A DNA stretch of 64,000 bases, from contig NC_087252.1 of NCBI RefSeq assembly GCF_037042905.1, positions 17,546,001 through 17,610,000 of the forward strand, read 5' to 3'. Origin of the DNA: Lytechinus pictus. Taxonomy: Eukaryota. Under the pieces are notes generated by a model that saw nothing but the letters and a program-made list of their open reading frames with translations, was not told where the DNA came from and searched no databases. A program made the translations under genes and the position numbers. This document shows, piece by piece, positions 35,150 through 47,612 of the stretch. Every line of letters begins with the position of its first letter. Position 1 is the first letter of the stretch.

Positions 35150-35939
35150 TTTATATTAGATAGCCTGAAGTGATGGAGATTCTGTATATAGACTCTAATT
35201 TGTAGAGAAACTAGACCTAGGCCTAGATGAAACTAGATCTAGATCCACTAGATCTAGATCAACTAACAAAATATAGAATGTACTTACCAGATCCATTCCC
35301 TGCAAAAATTCCAATTCCAACAGAGATAAAGCCAAAAGCATCGATAAGGAAAACAGTCATAGCGGTAGTCTACATCCCAATGAAATTCCAACCGTTCCGA
35401 CTGTTCAACGTAATAACAACAAACACGAACGCAACATAATTACATAGGGTACGATGCAGTATTGTCTACTTGTTTATTATGTTTACAGTACACTGATGAA
35501 AGTGTTACTGTACTACCCTTTTCTGGTCCACATCCTAATTGTTTGATACAAAGTTCATTTGAGATGAGGACTGTGAGTCCGGTCCAGGTCCAGGACACAG
35601 GGCTAAATGAGATCCATGTTGATTATGAGCTGTGACATCAGATGCACAAATTTGGGAATGAGATATAACAGGACCAGATGGCAGCCTACTGATTGATCAA
35701 GGTTTTCCTGAGGCTGATCTCTCTGTTGTCGAACCAGGACTTGGTCCAGGACCCAATGTGGATCTCTGTAGATCCTGAGGCTGACTAATAACGTCAGGTG
35801 CAGAATCTGGTGGTGGATGAGATGAAACAGGACTAGGTGGTGGCCTGGTGACTGTACTTGGTGGTCCTGATCTTTCTTTTGCTTAACCAGATCCAGGACC
35901 AGGACCAAATCTGGCACTAGCTTTAGACCTTGTACTACT

Positions 35940-36930
35940 AGGACTAGAAAGCGTAACCTTCAACTGACAATTCTATGACGAGCATAAGCTCATTGGTGGT
36001 TTATGTCCTTCGTCAACTCGAGATTAATGTTTAAGACTTGACGTTTTAGCTTTACTGCTTATGCTTTTCCTTGTGTTCCCCAATACATTCTTACCAACAA
36101 CCTGATGATCACACCATGGCACATTTTGTTGGTATACCAACAAAATGTGCCATGGTGTGATAAAAATGTCAAACATGACAGCGGTCCAGTCCCAGGGACA
36201 GTAGAACAATATATTGTTCTACTGTCCCTGGGACTGGACCGCTTTCATGTTTGACATTTTTTTGAGACGCACTTGATTTGGGGCGTTGCCAAAAAAAACG
36301 GAAAGTCACGATTCAGATGCAAAACATATTCACAGAACGACTTGACGGGACAATGGTCATCCTTCGTCTCATACATCCGACCACATTGGCTCCTTGAGTC
36401 ATCATGTTTGTCTCCTCTGTGATTTTTAGTCAGTTTATCCTTCGCAAGATAAACATATCTCCTATGGCTAAAATCTGTAGCAATAGCAAAGTCGTCTGTC
36501 CTTAGATCCTTGAGATTCCCCCTGCCTCTGTTACACAGGTGTAACATGATTCACAAACACAGCATTATTGAGACCTCTCGGAGTAGAACGGTCCAAGTCT
36601 CACGAGGTCATTATTTTTTTAAGGTCTTCCTTACTAATAGGATCCTTGTGTGTAATTGAACCCTTTCCTTCAGCTTTCAGTTTATGGAGGACTGCAGCAA
36701 ACATGTCGTTTGCACGTCTAAATTCAACACTGTTCATAATGTCCATTGCCTTTTTTTTTTAAAGAAAGTGCCTCTAGAGACCATGGCGTATTGTGACCAT
36801 GGAACTCTTTGCGTACCATTGACCAGTTCCCCGCCACTCCTCTGCGTAGAATGACCGAATGCACTCGCATAACTCTTGCTCCGAGTAATCCGTATCCACA
36901 GCACAGATCTAGGCTCCCTTTTGAAGTATT
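35940..36930 (-). pseudogene. Decayed Crypton-type tyrosine recombinase (DUF3504/KCTD1-like) transposon gene
   Basis: Minus-strand reads across stops and frameshifts: CIRSFYAE...YAKSSMVTIRHGL, KLKAEGKGSITHKDPISKEDL, CNRGRGNL, DKLTKNHRG, GRMYE...CPVKSFCEY, WQRPK, W...VVGKNVLG...IS. Confidence 0.8.
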
Positions 36931-37100
36931 GTTGAATTAAACTGGGACTGGACCTGGACCTGGACCGGACTCATGCACTGCACTACAACAATTTTAAATT
37001 ACTCTGTACTATACTCGCCCCGAAAATTTATTGCAACATTGATATCGAGTGTTGATCGATTGCAAACGATCGCTACTTTAGTCCCACATATGGAGGTGGA

Positions 37101-37273
37101 GGTGCCGTGGCCGAGTGGTATAAGGCGCCTGGCTATACACGGAAAGTCCGGGGTTCGATCCCCGGCCGCGGCACCTATGGCCGTGAGCAAGGCATTTAAT
37201 CTACAATGCTCTTTGATCCTGCTTTCAAATAAATGGAAATGCTATATGCATTATTGGTAACTAGGTGTGCACC
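37101..37273 (+). mobile_element. tRNA-derived SINE
   Basis: A box TGGCCGAGTGG (37108), B box GGTTCGATCCC (37152), acceptor-like stem GGTGCCG/CGGCACC, followed by SINE-body-like GAGCAAGGCATTTAA. Anticodon arm is irregular. Confidence 0.75.
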
Positions 37274-38516
37274 ATGTGAAAACGTGATGTACACTTAAGC
37301 CATCACTCTGATTTCTACTCAGATTTTGCAACAAAAAAACGCGCAAAGATCCGTTGTTTTCGCACTTCAACTCGTTGTCGTTTTTTTAATATTGAGTCAA
37401 TATCAAAAAGTGAAGCAGATCTAGAAAATTTAGATTTTCAGCTTTATTATCATTTTAATCATATCAAATATGTAGAATTTAAGATACCGTCATTTTAGAC
37501 TTACATTTTTCAAGTTTCCCCCAATTTTGTGTGAGAGAGGGCTACAAATCAAGGACTTCACATATCTTTTGCTCTGATAACTTCGCGCCAAATCAAGCCA
37601 AGTAAGAAAGTGAAACATCATCTGAAAGTTCAGATCACTATGATTACAATGATATAACATCCATTTTGATTAGTTAAAAAAAAAGTACCGTCATTTTTTA
37701 ATCCAATCTCTTTGTTCGTTTCAAAATGTTGACATTTTGCGCGGTCAGAGTAAACCCGTGGTTGCCAAGGACAACCCATGCATAATATGCGTGTTGCAGC
37801 TCGGTGATCGAACCTTATGCTGCAGCCCGAGCTTTGGGGAGCTTTGTCGAATTTTATTGGTGAGTTGCATTGTTTTTTTTTTCAGAGGAACTAAATCAAA
37901 TATTTTACCATCTTAACAGTAGTATACTTTACGAATCACACAGGGAATCCTTTTGAATAATTCCAAAAAGAAATTAAGTTTTATTGAAAATTTTGAAGGC
38001 ATGCCTAATCGCTCCCTGTGTCAAATTCTACACGAAGACGTTGTGTGTTAGTACTAGGATCGTTCCATTTTGTCTACGGTAGATAGTAAGTTGTCTTATA
38101 AACCGGCGTAGGCCCTATATGACTGGGTGTGTATGCACGTTCACGTCCAGCCGGGCTGGGGCCCCGGGCCGGGTACCGAAGCAGAGCGGTGGGTATGGAT
38201 ATGCATCCCAACACATGTTTACATAAACACACTTCTCCAGTCATAATAAATAAACGAGATGGCGGTTCAGAGCATTGTTACTATCTATATACATACACTG
38301 TACATTATTTACAATGTAAAATAACATGCATTTCCGTGCAGCGAACGTAATTGAGGCGCGCAGTAATTTTCTCTCCGGACTGCGTACTTTTATACCCCTC
38401 ATATCCGAATGGATCAGTCCGAGCCTTTTTTTTTCTGTGACGTGTCAGACCGCGCGTCGTGTCCCGAGTCGCGTCAGTAGCATTCGAAGAGGCTCTGCAG
38501 ACAGGTGTGTCTACAA

Positions 38517-38733
38517 TACCGTGTTTACACTTAATCGGCATTTGAATCGGCTCGCGGTTCTGAACCGCGAGCCGATTCAGCATCGGCTTTTTCATAGCGT
38601 GTAAACGCGAGCAACTTGAATCGGCTCGCGGTTCAGAACCGGCAATTTGCACCACCAAAGTAGTAGGTTCTGAACCGTGAGCCGATGCAGAATCGGCTTT
38701 TTTACTACGTGTAAACAGAAAGCCGATTCAGCA
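38517..38733. mobile_element. Left half of a MITE (14249-14710 family) split by a LINE; right half at 44514-44739
   Basis: TACCGTGTTTACACTTAATCGGCA pairs with TGCCGATTAAGTGTAAACACGGTA at 44716-44739. The joined halves are collinear with the reverse complement of 14249-14710. Confidence 0.88.
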
Positions 38734-39175
38734 GCCGATTAGCCCGTCACAAGGGCAAGGTGCACCAGAGCAAACTACATCGAATGACTAAAATTGATAG
38801 ACTGTGCCACACATACGATTAAATCTGTGTAGAATATATCATATTTCTACTTCTTGTGCAATCAGGATTAGCAAACTTGTGAATATGACGAAGTTATGGA
38901 ATTTGTTTGAGTGAGACCTAATTATTTTGTGTGTACTCTGTGGGAACTATACTGCTCCATAGTCCCGTTTGTACAATACGGTGCTGGTCTTCTTTGATCG
39001 TCGCAATAAACTTCTTCAATCATAACACAGGATAAACTCGTTTGTATCCTGTTTATTTTATGTGGATGGTATTTTACTCCGTATGTTTGTTGGAATCATC
39101 AACCTGGAATTTGTTTAGTTCCTTGGAATAATCAATATTGTGTGATATTATACAGCCTTATGTTCCGGAAGGATT

Positions 39176-40769
39176 ATGGCACCTAGTGTTACCACAAACA
39201 AATGCAAAGGCAACCCAGGTACAAACTCATTCTCATTCAAACTTCCTAAAGGAATAACAATTTCGAGCATTGGTTTTGCTATAAAGCTTATTTATGACTC
39301 AGGATTGCCCGGCAGTGATTCAGACATAGACAATGAAATTGTTGAAAATAACCTGGTGAAAGTTTACCCTAACTTGAATCGTACAATCTGCCGCCATTTT
39401 AGTTTGGTTCATAGTGAGCATGAAGAGGTAACACATGAAATCAACTATGCCACGAAATGGGACGTAAATTCTATGAAAAGCATTGACTTTGGAAGTTGCT
39501 TGATATGTAAAAAGGAGGTGACAATCAGTAACAATGTAGTTTGTGAAAATTGCATGAATCTGCCAAATAAAATGCAATCACTGGAATCCGCAATCATTGA
39601 CATTACATCTAGATTGGACGACCAGCATTATCATGAATCAATAGATGTGAACTCGAAGTCAATCGATACTCCCGCCAAAGACGAGAATACAAACAAAAGG
39701 GATAAAGAACGTAACGATCGTGAATATGATGAAGACCTAGTCTTCAAAGTACCCCAAACTGTCAACGTTCCCCTACAAGATCAACTCGATGAGTATAAAA
39801 TCAAACAAAAGAAACTTCACGCTCTGACGAAAAACAGTCGAATCGAAGCAGATGACAATGCTTCTCCTAATACTAACATTGACACTGGAATAGACACCGT
39901 GATGAAGAATTACGAAACGTCTAACATTGAAAGCCCAATGACCATAAATGAACACCATGATAAGTCTACCCTAACAAAGACTCCAATGAAAGCAGACGTG
40001 CTAATCATCGGAGATTCAATGACAAAACAGATCAGACCATCTAAACTCTCACGAAGGAAAAAGGTAATCTGTAAAACTCTGAATGGAGCCAAAATAGAAG
40101 ACGCCTGCAGTGATGCATGTAATCTTGCACATCAATGCGAAGTCAGCGAAGTAATCGTACATCTCGGGACGAACAACTTGAAAAGTGACGAGTCTGATGA
40201 AATAATTGCAAAGACATTCTCACTTCTTGATCAAGTCCATCAAGTCCCTGGTGTAAAATCAATCGCTGTATCAACAATCATACATAGGTTAAATGAGACG
40301 AATCGTCAACATGCTAAAGTTGAGGAGGTGAATGACGCAATTAAACGTTCAGCCAATCAGCGTAGTTGGTCGGTAATCGACAACAGTAATATCGACCATG
40401 TCCTCCATCTGAACGCAGATGGCGTACACCTCAATCGGTGGGGAATAATTGCATTCGCGAAAAACATCATTCGATTCCTGCGTAACTTGTCACAAAACTA
40501 TGATGATGCATTCCCACCTTGATGCATTCCCACCTTTAAATCATAGCGAATTACCACACTCAAAAGCTGATCCAGAATTCGCTCCCTATCCCAGAAGTTA
40601 CTTTTCAATCGATCCTGAACGAGGAAATCAGATGAACCAGCCTCCCCCTTTTCCGTGGAATGAGTATTATCCGAGGTCTCGACGCAAAGCAGCAAACAGA
40701 GAATTTCCGAGAGACTGGGTAGATTGTCTGTCCACGGCAAGGAAGCTCTTGAACTCCAGACACCAATAG
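39176..40769 (+). CDS. LINE ORF1 with a Cys-rich motif and SGNH/GDSL esterase domain, frameshifted near the C-terminus by a 16-bp duplication
   Basis: CLIC...CENC; esterase blocks VLIIGDSM, LNGAKI, HLGTNN, DGVHLN. GATGCATTCCCACCTT is duplicated at 40505-40536, and the frame continues in ORF 40449-40769. Confidence 0.85.
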
Positions 40770-40924
40770 ATAACCCAACAAATGAATCCACTTCAATCTT
40801 AGATCAACAACCCACTCAGAAAATTAATTCCGTTGAAAATGATCCGGTGGAACATATGGATAATGAATAATTTCCACCCTACGAACCTGAAGGTGGAATC
40901 TCTCTGAACAAATGTCAGACAGAA

Positions 40925-43785
40925 ATGAGATCATGTCATATAAAGGAAACGAAACATGGCTTTAGAATAGCACAATTAAATATAAGAACTTTATTATCAA
41001 ACATCGACAATCTACAACTTATGGTTGAAGATCTTAAATTAGACCTGATTGCATTGAATGAAACTAGATTAAGCAGTGATATAAATGATGAGCAGTTACG
41101 CATTCAAGACTTTTGTATTTATAGGAAAGATCGGAATAACAAAGGTGGAGGAGGGGCAGTATACGTCAATGAAATTAAGCTTAGCCACAAATTAAGACCC
41201 GATCTTATGAACAAGGATATTGAACTTATAGCTATAGAAGTAAAACAACAAACTTCATCGTCTATAATTGTTTTGGCATGGTATAGACCACCTGGATCAA
41301 GCATTGAATTGTTTAATGTTATTGAGAACGTTCTATCAAAAACTGATGAAGAACAAAAGGATGTCGTATTTTTAGGAGATTTCAATTGTGATATCAATGG
41401 AAACCCATTGTCTTGTTATACAAAACGATTACTTGATATTTGCCAGAATTATTCTCTTACTCAAGTGATAGACGAACCAACAAGGGTAACTCTTCATTCA
41501 TCCACGCTCATTGATTTAATTTATACCTCTAACTGTATGAAAGTTGTCGAAAGTGGCGTCCTTCACATAGGGATGAGCGACCACTCCCTTGCTTATATTG
41601 AATGGGGTAAAATCCGGAAACCATCTTCAAAGCATGTGTATAGAACTTATAGAACTTATAAGAATTTCGATGAAAATCTTTTCTTTTCTGATCTACAAGC
41701 CATCGATTGGCAAAGTGTATATACATGTAGTGATGTTAATCATTCTCTTCTTCAATTCCAAACAATATTTTCTTCATTGTGTAATTTTCATGCCCCTATT
41801 AGGAAAAGCCGTATTAAGAAACACCGAAAACCTTGGATAAATACTGAAATTATTGATCTAATTCGTAAACGAGACAAATTGAAAGATAAAGCGACTCGAA
41901 AGCGTACGCGCGCAAATTGGAAAGCTTATAGAAAGAGTAAAAATTATGTCACTTACAAAATAAAGCAAAACAAACGTAAAACATTCCAAAAGAAAATTAA
42001 AGATTTAAAAGGAAATGTGAAGAACACGTGGAAAAACCTTAACATATTGATACCACGTAAGAATAAAAATACAAAAATTCAATGCTTGATAGATGATGAG
42101 AAAGAAATTCATGAGACTAAAAAAATTTCACAGACATTGAATGATTTTTTCGTAAAGGTAGGCCCTAGACTTGCCAATACAATCGACAGTACAGGGTCTG
42201 CAAATGAAAATAATAATGCAATGCAATTTCACCCGCACTCGTTCATATCTTTCAACTTGTCCCAGTAACTGTAAGCGAAATAAAGAAACAATTATTGAAA
42301 ATGTCTAGTGGCAAAGCGATGGGATGTGATATGATACCAATGAAACTTATAAAGATAGCGATACCATGTATTACTGAACCCTTGGCACATATTATAAATG
42401 TGTCTATTACTACTGCATGTGTACCTACGGAGTGGAAAAAGGCAAGAGTTAGTGCCTTACATAAAGGCGGTGCAAATGAACCTTCTAATTTCAGGCCAAT
42501 TTCGATATTACCTATTTTATCTAAGCTACTAGAACGTATAGTGTTTGATCAATTGTATGAATACTTGAACAGGAACAATTTGATTAATGACTACCAATCT
42601 GGCTTTCGGCCATTACATTCTACAGCAACGGCATTACTCAATACAACAGATGAATGGCTAAAAAGCTTTGATGAAGGCAAATTAGTATGCTCTGTCATGC
42701 TAGACTTAAAAAAAGCATTCGACACGGTTGATTTCGAATTGCTTATCCAAAAATTAAAGCAATATGGAATTGGGGATCACTCAATTGAATGGTTTACAAG
42801 TTACTTATATGGAAGATGCCAGAAAACGACAGTGCATGGTATATCATCTGATTTATTACCCATTAAATCTGGAATCCCTCAAGGGTCCATTTTAGGGCCG
42901 CTTCTTTTCATTTTACATATTAATGATCTACCTTTAGTTCTTAGAAATTGCAAAATAAGTATGTATGCAGATGACACTATTTTATATTATGCAAGTAACA
43001 ACTACTCTGATCTAGAAAACAAAATCAATGAAGATTTGCAAAATGTGAAACGATGGCTTGATCACAATAAGCTTAGTTTGAATATCAAAAAAACTGAATA
43101 TATTGTCCTAGGAACTAGAAATCGACTGAAACTATTCAAAGATGAATCGCTAAATATTCACATTGATGGAACCCCCCTAACAAGAGTTACCCAGTGTAAA
43201 CATTTAGGAGTAATTTTAGATGAAAATCTGTCATGGGGAAAACACATTCAAAATGTGCAGAAGAAATGTAGTAGCGGTTTGTTTATGCTAAAATCGATAC
43301 GAAGTATGGTTGACAAGGATACAATGATTCTAGTCTATAACGCCCTGATTTCATCTCATTTGTCATATTGTGATATAGTATGGGGAAATTGCGGCAAATG
43401 TTTAAAAGATAACCTCCAAAAGATTCAAAATCGGGCAGCTCGCGTTATCAATAATACCGCCTGGGATTCATCCGGAAACGAAAATCTAAATGAACTAAAT
43501 TGGGATACACTTGAAAAGAAAAGGAATGAAAGTGTTGCAATAATGATGTTTAACATACTCAATAACTTAGCCCCTTCATATCTAATCAATAGATTTTCCC
43601 TTAAAGAAAGATCACATAACACAAGAAGTGGGAATCTCAATTTGGAAATAATGCAAATAAAGTCTGAATCTGCAAAGCGCATGTTTATGTACAGAGGCGC
43701 CAGTATGTGGAACTCATTACTCAATATTCAAGCGGCACAAACGAAACACAATTTCAAAACAGGTCTAAAGAGATTATCTGTGTGA
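40925..43785 (+). CDS. LINE ORF2 (APE endonuclease plus reverse transcriptase) with a 1-nt frameshift at ~42260-42266
   Basis: Endonuclease motifs LNIRTL, LNETRL, YRPP, GDFN, TLIDLI, SDH; RT motifs FRPISILP, QSGFR, LDLKKAFDTV, GIPQGSILGP, YADD, HLGVILD. Confidence 0.93.
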
Positions 43786-44513
43786 TATGGATCACAATGA
43801 CTATTTTTCTGTTTAATTTTCTGTCCCCAGTACATGTATTATTTTCCAACCATTTCATATGTTTTGCTTTTATATGGCATGAGTATTAACTATATAAGTT
43901 TTATAATTAATTTCAGTGCATGTTTAGTTATGTTTAGTTATAAATTTTCCAGACATTTTTGTATGTTTAGTTTTTATCATTGATAAATCATGACTTGTAT
44001 TCATTTTCTTGTACTTGTTTGTCCATTATAGAAACATGTATTTACTTTGACATTTTACTTTACCATGTACACATTTAATATTACCATGTATGCACCGCTT
44101 TGTTCAAATTTACCGATAGATATTTCATGTTGTAAATTATTGATGTTTTTGAAAACGGTATATAATTTCTTCGTCTTTTTCTTACTATCATTATTATTCT
44201 TTTTCTTCTTCTTCTTTTCTTCTTCTGTTATCTTCTCTGTTGTCTTTTCTCTTTTTCGTCTCCCTCTCACTTTTCCCTTCTTCTTCTTCCTTTTTTTTTT
44301 CTTCTCCTCCCCTCCTCTTCACGTTTCAATGATTGTCTTGTTATATTTCATTGATGCTCCTTTTCCATATATATTGTTCGTTATACACTGATTTTAAAAT
44401 GTTTACTTTGTCAATTGTATGTTCCACACGGCCCCAATGGAAATCAGTCTGTGAACTGTTTGGGCTTTTTAACCGTGTATAAATAAAATAAATCTTATCT
44501 TATCTTATCTTAT

Positions 44514-44739
44514 TTGTGCGCATTTCAACTACTTTACCATTGTGACGTAATCGTAAGCGCACTGATCCAGCGTTGTCTTTATTATGACGTATATTGTAGG
44601 TATGCGTATCATTTCAGGTTTTTGCATCGGCTCGCGGTTCTGAACCGCGAGCTGTAACAACGTGTAAACGCAATCCAAATGCCGATTCTGCATCGGCATT
44701 TGGTTCAGAACCAATTGCCGATTAAGTGTAAACACGGTA
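44514..44739. mobile_element. Right half of the split MITE
   Basis: See 38517-38733. Confidence 0.88.
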
Positions 44740-45539
44740 CAAATTGTGTAGAGACGTTTTCATATGAAAAAAAAAAAAAACATATGTTATCTCCGTGTGT
44801 GTGTGTGTGTGTGTATTTGAGTTTTGTCAGACGTGTATCAATCAGATATGATTATTTACGTCTGTGACCGACCTTTAAGGGAGCTTGTCAAAAGTCCATG
44901 CACCGTTCTTGATCGTCTTTACCGCATCCGGGTTTTCGCTTCGGCTTTCCCGCCCAACGTTCCCTTGTCTTCAAAGGAACGGCCGCCATGAAAGGCCCAT
45001 CGATGCCACCGTTCTTTTGTTCGTCTTTCCTGCAAGTCTTAATTTCTGTCGAAAGACCGAAGAATCTATTCTAAATAGCTCCCTCTACGACCAAAACAAA
45101 GGCGTGCCTTCATATTTACTGTCGGATCGGAGAGTTCGGGTCACTGTGGTTCGCATCTATAATGGAAGTTCGGGTGCATTCATAAAGCCACGGTAGCTCA
45201 ATAAAAAATCACGCACGTGTCATAAATCGTTACTGATCTTTCGAATTTGCTGCAATAACCATGAAAACCTCTTTTTTTTGCAATTGGAAGAGAGTCAATT
45301 CAGGATGTTTTAGGTGGGAAAATAAGATTCCACACATTTTCGTTTCGTAGGCCCAAGCCATTCGTAGAAATGGAAAGATGAAATGACTATGACCGGAACA
45401 GCTTGGCACTATTAGGCATAGATAGATCAACGATTTATTAGAAACTGTAAGAAATAGTTTGTTCAATTTTTGGACGGGCAACCATTTCCCCAGGATAACA
45501 TATTGTCTCAGTCTTAAATTTCCTTATCTCCTTGTTTTA

Positions 45540-45885
45540 AAGAAGCGGGACCAAAAGAGAAGATGCAAAGAGGAAGAAGAAAACTAAGAAGGATAGGGAG
45601 AGAAAAGGAAGGGGAAACAGAGAGATAATAAGAAAATAATATTGGGGTGGAGGAAGAGGAAGGGTGAAAAAAATATGGAGGAAAAACAGTTGAACGAGAA
45701 AAAAAACTAGGAAATTTGAGAGGGGAAGAAATTTAGGATCGACAATCAACGGGAGAGGGGGGGGACAAATTGGAATATGGAAATGGATAGAGACAGAAAA
45801 TAAGGGGAAAGAAGGAGAGAGAGCTGGTGGACGATGGGGGGGGGGGAGAGAAAAAAAAGGGGGAAAGGGGAACAGAGGGGAAGAC
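45540..45885. repeat. Purine-rich low-complexity tract
   Basis: Direct inspection. Confidence 0.8.
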
Positions 45886-46783
45886 TTGCAGTGGCGGAGG
45901 CTGGATGTGTGAAAAGGGCTAAATTTTCCAATAAAATTTGATTTCATACCTATCACATCACAATCATTTTAGGGCCATGCTCATATAACCAAGGAGATAT
46001 CATCTCCTTGATATAATATAGTACTCAAGAATGGAATGGTGACATGAACTTTTCTGACCGGGATTTACCAATATAATTATAAACTTAAAAGCTTTAAATC
46101 ATCATCAAGAAGGAATGTAAGCGGACAAAATTCAGTTAAAAAAATAAGAATAAACTAAATGGGAGGCTTACAAGTTGCATAAATTGTGTGTGATTTTTAT
46201 TTCATCAAAAAGTATGTTTCTTGGTATTATTCATTGAATGTGTGACTTTCGTAACGTTCAGTATTTTTCATTTGTCATAATCACCAAGGCTACCACTACC
46301 ACATTCACCATCACCGCCACCACCACCATCATCATCATCAGTGTTGATTATCATCACTATCATCAGCAGCATCATTATCGTCAGCAGCAAATCATCTATG
46401 TCATTATCATAGTTATTGAAATTAGGATCATTTTGGTAAGGAAATAATGAAAGGGACTGAAAAAAAAGGTTGTAGCGGGAAGGGAAGGGGATGAATTTGT
46501 TCTAAAGTAAAATCAATGTGAGTAGAATTAACTCTATGTTTTTATCTATATTGCAGTGATGGTAAAAATCAGTACAATACTAGGATGCCATGATGGTCAA
46601 TAATTTAAACTTCAAATTTCAATACTTCACGGGTGAAGATATGGGGCCGTAAGCTTCAGGGTAATTATGTAGAATGATATTAACATTAGATCATTACTCT
46701 AAAATAGATGAAAGATAATTATTTATCATCTATATCAGGTTGTACACAACTGGCCTACAGCAAAAGCAAATGGGGCCATGATA

Positions 46784-47612
46784 CAGTGCGTCCCACAAAA
46801 AACGAAACCGAGATTTATCGATGATTTATCATAACTTAATCACAAATACAATAGACAAATGACCTACCATTGTAAAGCTTAGAATCTCCTCTTTCATTTG
46901 AAATTACTTAGATTATTTCTCATTCACGCATGAGTGGGCAAAAACAATTTGAAGAGGGGATACCAAAAAGTCATTTGGCGGGCTGTTTCTGAGTTTCAAA
47001 AAGAAAACCACATTTCTAAAAAGTTCAATATCTGTTCTTTAATTTGATACATCAATTACAGAAAATGGTCAAGAAATAAGAAAGTTCTGGTTATTTGAAA
47101 TAAGGCTTGAATTTCAATAATTTCATAAAATGAAGAGGTTTTACAGGCTAGCGTTCAAACTCACTCGACACTCCGTTTTGTTGACGCTCAGCCATGCATG
47201 AGGTCTTTTGTTAACCATGCGATAGCTTCTGTGGGAAACCGGTGAAAACACGTTTATTTAATGAAATTATGGAAATACAAGCATTGTTTCGAGAGAACGT
47301 AACTTTTTTACTTCTTGACCATTTTTTGTGATTAAGGTATCAAATTAAAGAGCAGATATTGAACTTTTTAGGCATGTGATTTTCTTTTTAAAATTCAGAT
47401 ACTCCCCCCCCCCCCCGCCAAATGAGTTTTTGGTATCCTCTCTTCAAATTGTTTTTGCTCACTCATGCGTGAATGAGGAATAATCTAAGTAATATCAGAT
47501 GAAAGAAGAGATTCTAAGCTTTACATTGGTAGGTCATTTGTCTATTGTATTTATGATTAAGTAATGATAAATCATCGCTAAATCTCGGTTTCGTTTTTTC
47601 TGGGACGCACTG
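46784..47612. mobile_element. Tc1/mariner-type MITE with long TIRs
   Basis: TA at 46782-46783 and 47613-47614; CAGTGCGTCCCA... / ...TGGGACGCACTG termini; inverted similarity extends more than 300 bp inward. Confidence 0.9.

Larger units (their letters stand above)
38741..44513 (+). mobile_element. Full-length L2/CR1-group LINE (~5.8 kb)
   Basis: 5' UTR, esterase ORF1, EN-RT ORF2, 3' UTR with (TTC)n, terminal stem ACACGG...CCGTGT, AATAAA and an (ATCTT)n tail at 44492-44513. The left boundary is approximate and no TSD is seen. Confidence 0.92.

Noticed and set aside
37101-37175. Possible tRNA gene
   Set aside because: A and B boxes and an acceptor stem are present, but the anticodon arm is irregular and SINE-body-like sequence follows instead of a poly-T terminator. 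Called as a SINE.
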